Program-made: the position numbers and the translations under genes
Notes under the pieces: model-generated
Seen by the model: the letters and a program-made list of their open reading frames with translations, nothing else
What the model was told of the DNA's origin: nothing
Database searches by the model: none
Shown: piece by piece, positions 43,080 to 56,167 of the stretch
Position numbering within the stretch: the first letter of the stretch is position 1
How the letters are laid out: each line of letters opens with the position of its first letter
From: Octopus sinensis
Taxonomy: Eukaryota
Reading direction: 5' to 3'
NCBI RefSeq assembly: GCF_006345805.1
Contig: NC_042997.1
Location: forward strand, 3,162,001 to 3,226,000
Length of the DNA stretch: 64,000 bases

Positions 43080-43190
43080 ACTGGTGCTTAGTTTATTGAC
43101 CCAGAAAGGACGACAGGCAAATTCGAACTCGACGGAATTTCAACTCAGAGCATTTCGTGTAGTGTGCTAATGATTCAGCCACTTTGCCTC
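43080..43190 (-). mobile_element. Old SINE family B fragment (another at ~42280-42370)
   Basis: Degenerate gacccagaaagga...ggaatttcaactcaga. Confidence 0.55.
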
Positions 43191-43194
43191 ATTA

Positions 43195-43478
<284 letters not shown>

Positions 43479-44034
43479 TGCCCTGATGCAGTACCAGGCA
43501 GTGGCTCTCATGGCTTCTGATCTTAACTGATTGGAAGTGTTATCATGTACGTTGTTTTGTCTTGGTATAAAAGATGGGATACAGCAAATATTCTGCTCAA
43601 TACCACATTTTTGCTTGTCAGTTGTTTGACCTTAACCAGTTGAGCATGTCCCTTAGTGGCTGACGATATGTTCATCTCTGATCACGAGCAAAAGTGGTGG
43701 GGGAGCATCATAGCCATGTGTTGAGAGGGATTCTTTGGGGTTTGAATAATTCACCTGTGGAAACATGGGTGGTTCTTTCATCATCCTTAAACAACCCTTA
43801 TTCAGGGACCTTTTGAGCAGGATGGGCTACTCAACCTGAAGAAAATTCTAACTAGGCTCCCACCTGCAAGGTCATGCGCTGTTTATCTTGATATGAGATC
43901 ACCATGTCGCGCACATATGGTTGTGATGCATGTGCCTGGTGTACCCTTATCAGACGGGTAGTTATTATGTGTATATTGGGCTTCGTATATTTTACCCCAG
44001 TGTCACTTTGATGGCATGGACTGCTCTCTCACTC
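43479..44034 (+). mobile_element. ~555-bp non-coding interspersed repeat (family C) bounded by (TAA)n on both sides
   Basis: Near-identical reverse-complement copy at 55177-55730 with the same ends and (TAA)n flanks. No ORF or TIR seen. Orientation is arbitrary, chosen so the flanks read TAA. Confidence 0.88.
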
Positions 44035-44099
<65 letters not shown>

Positions 44100-44355
44100 G
44101 TGTGTGTGTATTTGCTTGTGCTTATGAAGGCGAGGTTTATGCAGGTTCGCACTTCTTGTCGTGTGTATGCGTAAATATTTTAGACAGGACATTTTGTGAG
44201 AATTTTCTTCTGACAGGATTCATTTAGGTTGCTATCGATAGTATGTATCCGTCTCAACTTGGAGATAAAATATTAAAAATAACAAAAGCAAAGAAGAAAT
44301 ATGTATTTTGTCTTTGAATTAAATGATGATGTTGATGATGATGTTGATGATGATG

Positions 44356-44446
<91 letters not shown>

Positions 44447-44475
44447 CATAATAATAATAATAATAATAATAATGA
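44035..44475. repeat. (AAT)n arrays (44035-44098 and 44330-44475)
   Basis: Visible. Confidence 0.95.
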
Positions 44476-45015
44476 CACCACAATAATGCCAGAGATGTCA
44501 CTGATAAAAATGGTTCAGGAATTATTTAATATTGGAATCATCGGCAATAATTCGTGAAAACAAAGTGTAATGCCGAAATGCATACACAAAATAAGGCATG
44601 GACTGGTTATACTGGAGATTAGCAGAAAGAGAAAATGTGTTAATCGCTCTCGAAGCGATAGTAGAAAGTGAAAAGTCAAGTATAGGGTTCTATCGAGAAA
44701 CAAAGGGGTAAAAATACTCTCTATGGAAGAAATAAATTAATGACAACTAACATAATGTGTAGAACCCAATGAAATAAAACAGTAACATGTAGAAAAGAAT
44801 AAATAAAATTTGAAATGAAATAAGGTATGTCTACATGAAATAAAGAGCTAAAAAATGAATTTGGCCGCTCAGGACAAGTACCTCATAGTATTTGGGATCA
44901 TATATCTTGAAGATTGTTCATCCATGGCTTGGAATATGCGATAATTCAGATGTATATCTAAGTCATACTGTATAGAAATACCCTTTGTTAAATCAGAACG
45001 AATACTACATTGACT

Positions 45016-45317
45016 GTGGCTGCACATGGACTTGTGGTTAGAGCAGCGGACTCGCGGTCGTGGGATTGCGGTTTCGAATCTCATACCGGACGATGTGTGT
45101 GTTTATGAGCGAAACACCTAAGCTCCATGCTGCACCAGCAGAAAGTAATGGCGAACTTCTGCTGACTCTTTTGCCACAACTTTCTCTCACTCTTTCCTCC
45201 TGCATCTTGCAGCTCACCTGCGACGGACCGGCGTCCCGTCCAGGTGGGGAACCTATGCGCTAAGGAAACCGGGAAAGCGGCCCTTATGAGCCAGGCATGG
45301 CTCGAGAAGGAACAAAC
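45016..45317 (+). mobile_element. tRNA-derived SINE family D (single copy here)
   Basis: A box TGGTTAGAGC and B box GGTTTCGAATC. GC-rich 3' block ctgcgacggaccggcgtcccgtccagg...gaaaccggga resembles conserved metazoan SINE central domains. Confidence 0.7.
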
Positions 45318-46379
45318 TATATTGACTGCGTTCTTCAGTTTATTTTATGCAGGATGAAAACCATGTCCCTGTTCTACCCCGTTAAACACTTTCGCGAGAC
45401 AATGTGAGGTGACTCTCGCGTTAGAGCAAAAGTGAGATTATATTGAAGAAAAGTAAAATTTTCTATCTGCAGCGAATAGATGACAATCAACATAAGATAC
45501 TTGAGAATTCGGAGAAGAAACTATAGGTTAGTTCAACTGGGAATTGTAGATTGTAACTAGCTTGAATTAATGACATCAAAAGTGAATAGTGTGAATAATA
45601 ATTTTTTTCAGTGTGGATGATAATTTGGCGATAACAACTCATTAATATTGGCAGATGCTAATGCAGTTTTAGGCATGCTGAGAGAAAACAAAAGAAAAAA
45701 AGTAATATGTGTTGGTATCTTGGTAGGGAATAATAAAAATAGGGTATAAATTGTAAATGGGGTTGAGATTAGGGCTTACGAAAAATAAAATGTAAGCTGG
45801 GCAAGTAAAAAGGGAGTAAAATATCGTGGGGTTTGGTGATAAATACATCAATTGGAAAATTACTCTGATAATAGTGAGTCACAGGTAGATTTTAGAACTA
45901 CAATGAGAAGTGAATAAAATCGTGTGAAACGTTGGAAAGAGGTAAGTTCTGACCTAAATTAAGCCCATGATTATTGGCCGTAAGAATTTACAAATCTCCA
46001 CAATATAATAGCTAGTACAATAATATAGCTAGATGAATGCATGTAAATTGTTTATTTATGACTATGGACAACCAAAGGAAGAACAAATTAAAGAGGAACG
46101 TTAGCATTAAATCACGTTTTATATTTACATGGAAAGTCTTAACGAAGAAGAGATATTCCGGTCTGTAAACAAAGAAACGTAAAATAATGCCTGAAGAGAA
46201 TAGCTGTCTAAGAAAGTAAGGAAATGGGAAACTAATTAAAAATAGATAAGCTGGTCTTGTGAAATTGCTTGAAGTATACGACAAACTTGTACATCGAGTG
46301 ACTCGATTATAGCAAAACATATGATATAAATTTATGGTTATAAATGAATTTCATTTGGAATATTTCATGATCTCAGGAA

Positions 46380-47480
46380 ACGTTAGGCATATGTTTAAAA
46401 GCTCCAATACAACTTTGGAGAGTAAAATTATCAGCAGGAAGGGAACCTGAGTATATATGTGGATTTGAATTGAAAGTTTTCAAGAGAAACTCTATATTCA
46501 TTGTTTTGTATGTATTAGAGATGATTCTTCTGTATGTTTTTCTAAATAAAGTGAAAGAAGGATGTTCTATCTGAATGGATATGGAAAAAGCAAATAGCCA
46601 CGTTTTCATGGATGACTGAAATTTATACGTATAACATATGAATATTTATAAGTGACATGCTATAACATGTAATATGCTCTGGGGGGAATGAAGCGTGGAA
46701 AAGGAATAAAAGTTACTGGAATAGATCAGGCTAAAGTGAGGTTAACAAATCCTAATATGTGAAGGATGCATCTATCTCTCTTCGAATACTGGAAAGGGAT
46801 AAAATTAGAAACATTGAAATCTGAAGAAAATCTGTAGTAAAGAGCATTCGCTGGATTAAGATTTCAAAAGTCAAAAATGTATGCAAGCAACTATGTGCAG
46901 TCAATGAAACTGAAGGCGGTGTCACTGAAGGCATGCGTTGGTCGGCAATCATTCAGTGGGGGAAATATAAATTTAAAGACAAATATGGCAACAAGAAATG
47001 GTTCACGATGGAAAGAAGTTCGCACTGTGAATCGAAAGCGAACAGTTTAGACCGGAAAAAAACTGAAACAGAAATTGAGTTAATGAGTTTTCTAGTTCTT
47101 TTAGAATTATTACAAGCTTAGTATTCAATCTGGAGGAAAAATTCGAAGTTTTTAAAGAATTAGAATGGGGCGTAATATTTACAAATTTGGGGGAAGCCTA
47201 TATTGTGTGAAATGCACAAAACCCAGGAAACGAAAGCATACTGAATCAAACTTTAAAATAAATGAAAGCCATTTAGTGCCTTTGAAGAATAACTAAAAAG
47301 ATATCAGGGATGACTGCTGTATTTGGTTACAGAAAGAATTAGTGAGGAAAGAAATTTAGCATTTTATTTTAGCTAGAGAGAAATAGGTTCTACAAGAAGT
47401 TGCGATCAAGGGAGTAATTGATATGAAGATCTCTTATGATAACATCTGCAACGATAATTACAAAATATATTATTTATATT
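46380..47480 (-). mobile_element. Possible ancient CR1-like RT 3' remnant
   Basis: Weak motif echoes only (IQRML, RREI, GSLPADNF..GAFK); heavily decayed. Confidence 0.3.
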
Positions 47481-48485
47481 CCGCGGTATGTTTAACCGTT
47501 ACAGTTCATTAAAACACTGCTTTAGATGTTCCAAATGCAATTGTAGGCTGAAACACTGCGCATAATAAGAAGCTCACTTCATTGGTTTCGGCTAGAAATT
47601 TTTATAAAGTGTTCCTTTGATGATCCATTGTAGTTAAAACGTCTGATTACACTTGGAAGATCCACAACGGTGAGACGTACATAGAAACAAATGATACAAA
47701 AGTGTTGGTCGTAATTTGACACAAATTTTCTATGTAAGTATAAATTTATTATGTATAACTCCAGCGTACGTGCCTAATATGAACTAAGAGGCAAAACAAG
47801 AGGGAAATAAAAGTAAAACCACTTTCGCTTGCTAAGAAAACAATCTTAGCCAACGAGGGAGCACCTATGGAAATACTAGACAATCTAGGGATATAATAAA
47901 ATCGGCATTATTTCATCCGATGACTCTTAGAAACGAAGGTATCACAGCATAATGTCGTCATCGAATTTTACACGAAGGGGAAGGGTTGCTCTCAATACAT
48001 TTTCTCGTTGGGACGTCGAAAGCAAGCCTATTAAGAGTGAGAAAGCACCCAATGAATATGGTTTACGACACACACTAAAATTGTAGAAGTATATATCGAT
48101 AACTCCTCAAGAAACATTGGAAATATTTTGGAAACCTATTCTGAAAATTCATATACAACAAAAATATTATGCTTGTGAGAATAATATAACCCCAACCCTA
48201 ACCCTTACTCCAACAGAAAGGAGAAATATGTACTACCCGCAGCACTCGTAATTATTAACCAAACAAATTACCTGGAAGAAGACTACATGATGATAAGTTA
48301 CATGAGGCACTATACTCAACGGTAGCATTCATGTTAATAAATGTACAGACGAGATATACCGTGTATATATATATTTGTATATATATCCGTAACAATGAAG
48401 GGTGAAATTAATTAATTTGGAATAATTATCAATTACACCAAGTAGTCTTCGGCATGTAAAAGCCTCATTCGAGGAAAATTTAAGT

Positions 48486-48675
48486 AATACTAAGCAATAA
48501 AGGGTTTAGCAACGAATTGCCTTACCACATACCGATTTAGAAATAGCAGTCAAAGAGTTATAGCTATTTCTTCTACTAAAAAGGTAGAAGAAATAGCTAT
48601 AACTCTTTGACTGCTATTTCTAAATTCGGTATGTGGTAAGGCAATTCGTTGCTAAACCCTTTATTGCTTAGTATT
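48486..48675. repeat. Near-perfect inverted repeat: 91/92-bp arms, 7-nt loop
   Basis: 48486-48576 is the reverse complement of 48584-48675 except for one extra T. Confidence 0.97.
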
Positions 48676-48689
48676 TGTATATATATATA

Positions 48690-48855
48690 TGACGGGCATC
48701 TTTCAATCTTTCAGTTTCCGTCTAACAAATCCACTCACAAATCTTTGGACGACCCGAGGCTATGGCAGAAGATTCCTTCCCACGTTACCACGCAGTGTGA
48801 CTGAACCCGGGACCATATGGTTGGAAAGCAAGCTTCTTACCACACAGCCACATTC
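48690..48855 (-). mobile_element. SINE family A 5' half
   Basis: gacggg..tttcagtttccgtct...ttaccacacagccac. Confidence 0.85.
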
Positions 48856-48920
48856 ATATATATATATACACTCATATATATATTATATATATACATACAT
48901 ACATACATACACACACACAC

Positions 48921-48953
<33 letters not shown>

Positions 48954-48998
48954 TACATACAGACACACACATATATATACACATAAATACACACACAC

Positions 48999-49029
<31 letters not shown>

Positions 49030-49130
49030 TACATACAGACACACACATATATATACACATAAATACACACACAATATATATATATATATATATGCATACA
49101 CACACACATACATATATGTGCTCGCACATG
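48856..49130. repeat. (TA)/(CA)/(TACA) compound microsatellite
   Basis: Visible. Confidence 0.9.
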
Positions 49131-50420
49131 TATGAAACTACACTCAGGAGTCCAAGGGAGTTTTGAAATAGGTACAATTTATGATGCACAAAACACACCT
49201 ACGAACATTTAGCAGGAACAGTATTATATTTTTGAGAGAAATGAAATGAGGTAAATACAGGACATTTGCATACAAAGCTAAAGAAAAAAAGGACACGTAT
49301 TTTCTGTTTCTTACTTAGCAACATTTGCATCTGGGGGTATATATCAATGTTATTGTAGATGTTGACGTCGATTTGGTTGTAATCGTGATTGTTGTTGCTT
49401 TTATTGTCAATTCTAAAATTTGCTAGAGTCGAAATTGAGAGAAGATACAAAATCCAGAAACTGAGGGGAAAGCATTGAATCAAAATTTGAAAGGAAAATG
49501 AGCGATTCAGTGATTTTGAAAGAAAGAAAATTATATGGAATGACAAGTGAATTTGCTTACAGAAAAAAGTAGAAAAGGAAGAGATTGAGTGGTTGATTTC
49601 AGCTCTACAGAAACAAGGTATACGGGTAAATGTGATCAAATGAATGATTGATAAGCTGAACATGTGACGAAACTGAGAAGAGTATGACTCACATGTTTTA
49701 CTCTCTGAATTACCACTCTCCGTTCAAAATGCAACACGTATTTTGTCTCTGTCAAAATGCAAAAGATTTTCTCTGCAAACGCAGTTACGGTATCTTTTTT
49801 TTGGTTTTTGTTCTTTTGAATCAAGAATGTGTCATTCGAAAGAAAGTTTTGTTATTTTAACGCTTTTTATTTAAAGAAAGTTTTTTTTCATCTTCTATGG
49901 ATGCTGCTTGGTACAACTGACGCCGTTTTTGAACAAGTCGAACCAAAACAAATTTCGAAGTACTCGGTACCATTTTGTTTGTTTAAAAAAATATAAATAT
50001 AGTTTAACTTACCTTATAAAAATATATTTCTATGTCAAAAATTGAAAAAGCATAACATCCAGGTGCTGGAAAATACTTGAAAAAATCAATCAAGCAATTG
50101 ACTAAGGAACAAAAATCGTAAATGATGGATAAAAAAACAGAGAACTATAATTCTTACGTACCTTCAAAACATACATCAACCATTGGTAATACTAAATACA
50201 TATGTACTATTTTGTGTAATCGCAAAGATATGCGAATATCCACGACTGGTAATGTAAGCAATAAAAACAAAAGAGAAGCACAATCAACTTTATGCATTGC
50301 TGATGAAGTCAGAATAAGTGTGACATATGTCTGCAATTGTTTGTCTTGGATTTTCTGGAAAGATTGAAATGCAAAGTGTTAATAATTATCTAATAGCGTT
50401 GATTTCTTGTGCCTTATATA

Positions 50421-50650
50421 TCTCTTATTATAAAAGGCAGATTTTATCTGCCTCCCTTTGGGAGTTATACAAATCTACAATATAGGATTTCTTCAATTAC
50501 AATTTACCTAGCAGTTTTGAGAGTACAATGCATCGCGTCATGCCAGGTCCAGTTTTTAAAATTTAAACTCCAATTAAGCAAAATTTACAGAAAACTCACA
50601 TTCTGGTGTGTGTGTCAAATGCTTTTCTTAGTCTGGTTTACAGCACACGC
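50421..50650 (+). mobile_element. Possible Helitron 5' fragment
   Basis: A|TCTCTTATTATAAAA start like the other Helitron 5' ends here, with hairpin GGCAGAT-TTT-ATCTGCC. No 3' end found. Confidence 0.35.
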
Positions 50651-50834
50651 AAACGCACACACACAGTGGGCAACGAATAAAATGAAAGTAAATAGACAGT
50701 GATTTGAGGAAGACTAAAGTGAAAGTATTCTGTCTATGACGATGATAGATACATGAGTAAAATGTATGGGAAGCTAAGAGCTAAGAGTGAGTGAAAATGT
50801 TCTTGGAAGAGAGTAATTAGTAATAAAGTAAACA

Positions 50835-51103
50835 TACACTCATACATACATACATACATACATACATACATACATACATACATACACACATACACACACA
50901 CATACATACATACACACATACATACATACATACATATACATACATACATACATACATATACATACATACATACACACACACACATACACACACACAGTAC
51001 TGAAGCTTGAGAACAATCAGATACATTTGCAACACATCTGTTGAAAATATTATTGTTCACACACATACATATACATATATACATACAGACAGACAGACAG
51101 ATA

Positions 51104-51137
<34 letters not shown>

Positions 51138-51157
51138 ACACACACACACACACACAC
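50835..51157. repeat. (TACA)n/(CA)n/(GACA)n microsatellites
   Basis: Visible. Confidence 0.9.
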
Positions 51158-51204
51158 ATGATCCAGCATGGCCACAACCTCAAGGCTGAAACATATAAAA
51201 GAAT

Positions 51205-51585
51205 AACAGAATATAAATGTGTGCAAAGTACAAGAAATATTAATGCAGTATATGGGGATTGGACAATAAGCGTAAGGCAGTGTCAATGGTGGTTCCAGAA
51301 ATCCCGAGCCATAAACTACAGCCTAGAAGACGAGCCTCATCCTGAAAGATCTGTAGAACTCGACAAGGACATCCTGAAAACCCTGGTGGAACAAAATATC
51401 ATCGTAACTGTTGAGGAACTAGCAGAGAAGCTTGGATTTGGTCATTCAACCATTCATTGACACCTGTGTGCTATCGGAAAAGTCAGCAAATTGGGTCAAT
51501 GGGTTCCTCACGAACTTTCCGAGTCTAATTGCATGCAGAGAGTGAATGTATGCTTTTCTTTGCTGTCATATCTCACCACTACTGC
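51205..51585 (+). mobile_element. Mariner transposase remnant, N-terminal HTH half
   Basis: NINAVYG..ISVRQCQWWFQK..SLEDEPH..TVEELAEKLG..STI..LGQWVPHELS (WVPHEL motif). Confidence 0.92.
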
Positions 51586-51595
51586 GCTATGTATA

Positions 51596-52231
51596 TCTAT
51601 ATATATAAAACTGTAGTTGTGTGAGTGTCTGTCCCCTTCGATTTAGATTCCTAACTACTCCCACATTTTGCGGTACAGTTTAACCAAATTCGGGTAGCTT
51701 ATAGTCGTGATTCATATCGAGCCCGTCTGAATACTAGCGCGCGTCTACGATGAGTCTACGATTTAAAAAATAATTTAACATCATTTTTTATTCCATTTTA
51801 ATGCATAATTTTTCGTGTGTCGATGGCGGCGGAGTTGGCGTCCACGCTCACACCTGCACCTGTGGGGAAGGGAGTGTAAGGAAATCAACGTCGTAATGCG
51901 TTGTCAAGGAGACCAGTGTTCTTTTAGAACAACGACTTCATGGCTTGAAGACACCAAAACAGAAATGGCTAAGAAAGCGTCTACATGAGTCTACGATTTA
52001 AAAAAAAATTTACCATCGTTTTTTTCCCATTTTAATGCATTTTTTCGCTATTATATAAGGGAAGTATCTCTCTAAAAATGTCTACGATGAGTCAACGATT
52101 TAAAAAAAATTTACCATCATATTTTTTCCATTTTTAATGCATTTTTTGCTATTTTTTGGCTATAACTCTCTAAAAATGCTTATATAGTTATTTCCCTTAC
52201 AAACCCGAGCAACGCCGGGCGATACTGCTAG
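51596..52231 (+). mobile_element. Complete non-autonomous Helitron (636 bp)
   Basis: 5' A|TCTATATATATAAAA. 3' CCCGAGCAACGCCGGG hairpin plus CTAG|T, closely matching the 4444 end. Confidence 0.88.
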
Positions 52232-54126
52232 TTATTATATAAATTCACAGTGCTTTATATTGCATTTACACAAGCAATGTATTTGGTACCCAGCCTAGCA
52301 GGATCTTGAGTGTAGAAAATGTATATGATCGATAACATTTAACGTTTCTATATCCACAAGCTAATTTCTCGGTCGAATAAAAGTTAATATCGATCTTGGC
52401 AAGAAGTTGTACTAACAAAATGAAATAATGCAAATTCTGTTCATATGTTTCGTTCAGAGAGTTGACACCTGTCTCTTATAATGACAGTTTCTTCATTTTA
52501 CTTTCTTTGTTTTGTCTTTTTTTATTTTGTATGCAGCTGTTTTGTACATATTCCATAAAGAGAATAAGTAACATTTACATAAGAATAGAAAGTTTGATTT
52601 TTAACCTCTAAGCCAGAACTACTATTGAATGAAGGATGGTAGTGACATGTCACACAAACGAATCCGAATAATTGTACTCGATCACGTGACAACCATAGTA
52701 ATTTTGTTAATATTGACAACACTAATGGTTGTAAAATGTAATTGTAATGATACCTTAATTATGCAGGAAGCCTACAAGGTCATAAGAAAGAGGAAATGTT
52801 GAGGTTTGACGTTTTTTGAAAGCTTCTGGAGGTATTAATAAAATTCACGAAACACACACAAGCAAAACAACAGTCTGCATTTCTTTTCTTTTCTAGCATG
52901 TCCCTTTTTATTTTATTTCATTTATTTATTTTTGTTCTTTGAGGATGATGGATGATAAAATCAATAGCACGCTAGACAAAATTCCTCGTCTTAAGTAGGT
53001 TTTGCGTCCGAACAACGAGGAGGCTGACCTTATGTTTCATGGTTTTTCGGGTTGTACATCAAGAAACAATCATGTACTTGAGTGGATAATACTATCGACT
53101 GTACCCATCAAGCAGTAATCGTAGTGTCATCCAAATGCTAGCAATTATAATGTAACTGTTTTGTAATTTCAATCGTACTCACACAAAGTGATCTTATGGT
53201 GTTTGAAGCATTTGTTGTAATTCACAGAATTTACGCGGTGGAATCTATAGAAAAGAATTTATTTAAAGAAAGCTATTGAATATACAGTACTGAAGTACTC
53301 TGTGCCGTGCCTACGTTGGGTTTCTTTATTTCCAAAGATAAGCAAAGTTTCGGCATTTGTCGGTTACTTTCTTGTAAAAATATAATATTTATATATTAAA
53401 TACATCCATCAGGTAACAACCAGGTTCTATTGCTAAGAACCCACAATGACAATAGCATCCATACAACAAATAAAAAACAAAAAAAAACATGACACGAATA
53501 TTCCGCTAATATTTATTCGCAGGACATAATTGATCACCCAGATTTTTTCCAACTGTGGCAATCCATTTTGTAAGCTTCCGGAATACCGAGCTTAATTATT
53601 CTGTATATCAACATTCAATTGAAACTAACGCGAAAAATTATGCGTGCTTGAAGGATTATAATCAATGGAACTTCTTAAAGGACGATCTAACATTGGGACT
53701 CTTATGTGCTGGATAGCCATTCAGGAAAAAGACAGACAAATTCCATACCTATTACGAATGACATAAGATAGTAAGATACTAGGTGCTCTTAACATAAAAT
53801 TTCAGACCGAGAATCAATATTGGTAAGAATTATAATTATCATTATTGACGTCATGAGGATTAATAAGGTCTTGATTGAGCTTAAAATAATACTTTTTTAT
53901 AAAACTAGATCCCCAAGAAGAAATAAATCTATAAATTACGTCATGTAAATATTAAGTTGAAAACTCCTTTTGGAGTAAAAACTTCGTAAGCCTCCCTTGT
54001 ATTAGAAATACTTTCGAGCCTTTCTATTAAACCAGGGTTTTCAACCGAATATTTACGTGCTTTTATTAATAGCTATATATGAATGTATACATATATATAT
54101 ATACATACATATATATATATATTTGT

Positions 54127-54165
<39 letters not shown>

Positions 54166-54610
54166 TTCATATTTTTATTTGCCATTGATTTCACCCTATT
54201 TGCAACAGCACTTGCCGCACTTTCATTATGCTCTTCAATGTAGGTATTATGCAGTAGCGTATTTTTTGCTCTACTTCATGATAGAATGCAGCTCCTTACG
54301 CTTTAATTGATATTCAAAGGGCTTTAGCATACAGTTGTTAGATGTTTCAAGATATTTTACCAGTTCAGTTGTGATTTTGTAATAGAATAACTGGATAAGG
54401 CTTCGAACACTTTGGGCTCTGGGAAGGTGGTGGTAATCTACATCTACCATTGGATGCTGCATCTTATTGCAAGTTAGAAGCTTGTAAATTATTATTATTA
54501 TTATTGTTGTTGTTGTTCTTGTTGCTCTTCTTCTTCTATTTTTTTCTTCTTCTTTTCACTATTAATTCTTCTTCTTCTTCTTCTTCTTCTTATTATTATT
54601 ATTATTATTA

Positions 54611-54648
<38 letters not shown>

Positions 54649-54660
54649 GTATTATTGATT

Positions 54661-55095
54661 GAGAGAGAGAGAGAGAAGTGCATGCTATCAAAGTGGCACA
54701 GGCTTATAATATACGAAGCCCAGTATAAACATCATGACTACACGTCTGATGAGGGTACACCAAGCACATGCATTACAACCATATGTGCACGATACAGTGA
54801 TCTCATATCAAGATAAACAACATATTACCTTCTAGGTGGGGCTCAGTAAGAATTTTCTTCAGATCGAATAGCCCATACCACTTAATAGGTACCCGAAGAA
54901 TTGTCCAAGACCCAAAGAATTCCTCTCAATACATGGCTATGGTGCTCCCCCACTACTTCTGTTTGTGATCAGAGATGCACATATCATCAGCCACTAAGGG
55001 ACATGCTCAACAGGTTAAGGTCAACCAACGGACAAGCAGATCAGTGGTACTGAGCATAATATTTGCTGTATTGCAACTTTTATACCATGTACATT
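54661..55095 (-). mobile_element. Older, deleted copy of family C
   Basis: Diverged match to 43479-44034 with an internal deletion and a missing 5' end; flanked by (TTA)n. Confidence 0.85.
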
Positions 55096-55111
55096 GCTGC
55101 TGCTGTTGTTG

Positions 55112-55843
<732 letters not shown>

Positions 55844-56167
55844 TATTATTATCATTATTATTATTATTTGCTGCAGAACACATCGGACGTGTTTTCGAAT
55901 GCTCCAACTCAATTTAGTTCAAAATCTTTAATTACACCAAGATTGGTGTCCTTTTCCAATAATTATTTTATTCCAAGTTGTGAACAGAAACACGAGAAAA
56001 CTATAACTGTTCTTTTTTATGGTTGTGAAGCCCACAGAAGGGCGACTTTCGGCCCATTAGATAAATTCGGTGGGCGTTAGAATTAAATGTAATCGATACA
56101 ACTCAACAAGACGGCGGAGCGCATCTTGAAGAAGTTGACGGTATAGGAACCAAACCCTCTTACCAAT

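Noticed and set aside
43615-43835. Partial HDV-like pseudoknot pairings inside family C
   Set aside because: Internal rather than 5'-terminal, needs several wobbles and a ~200-nt P4, and lacks the conserved J4/2 adenine; likely chance.
47917-47945. Second hammerhead-like string CCGATGA..GAAAC.GAAG.GTA
   Set aside because: No stem II and no stem I pairing.
52944-52994. 51-nt symmetric exon candidate (MMDDKINSTLDKIPRL)
   Set aside because: Isolated, with no partner exons or homology.
54032-54047. hAT-TIR-like CAGGGTTTTCAACC
   Set aside because: No partner TIR or TSD found.
54743-54765. CTGATGAG in the old family C copy
   Set aside because: No downstream GAAA core, and the other copies read CTGATAAG.
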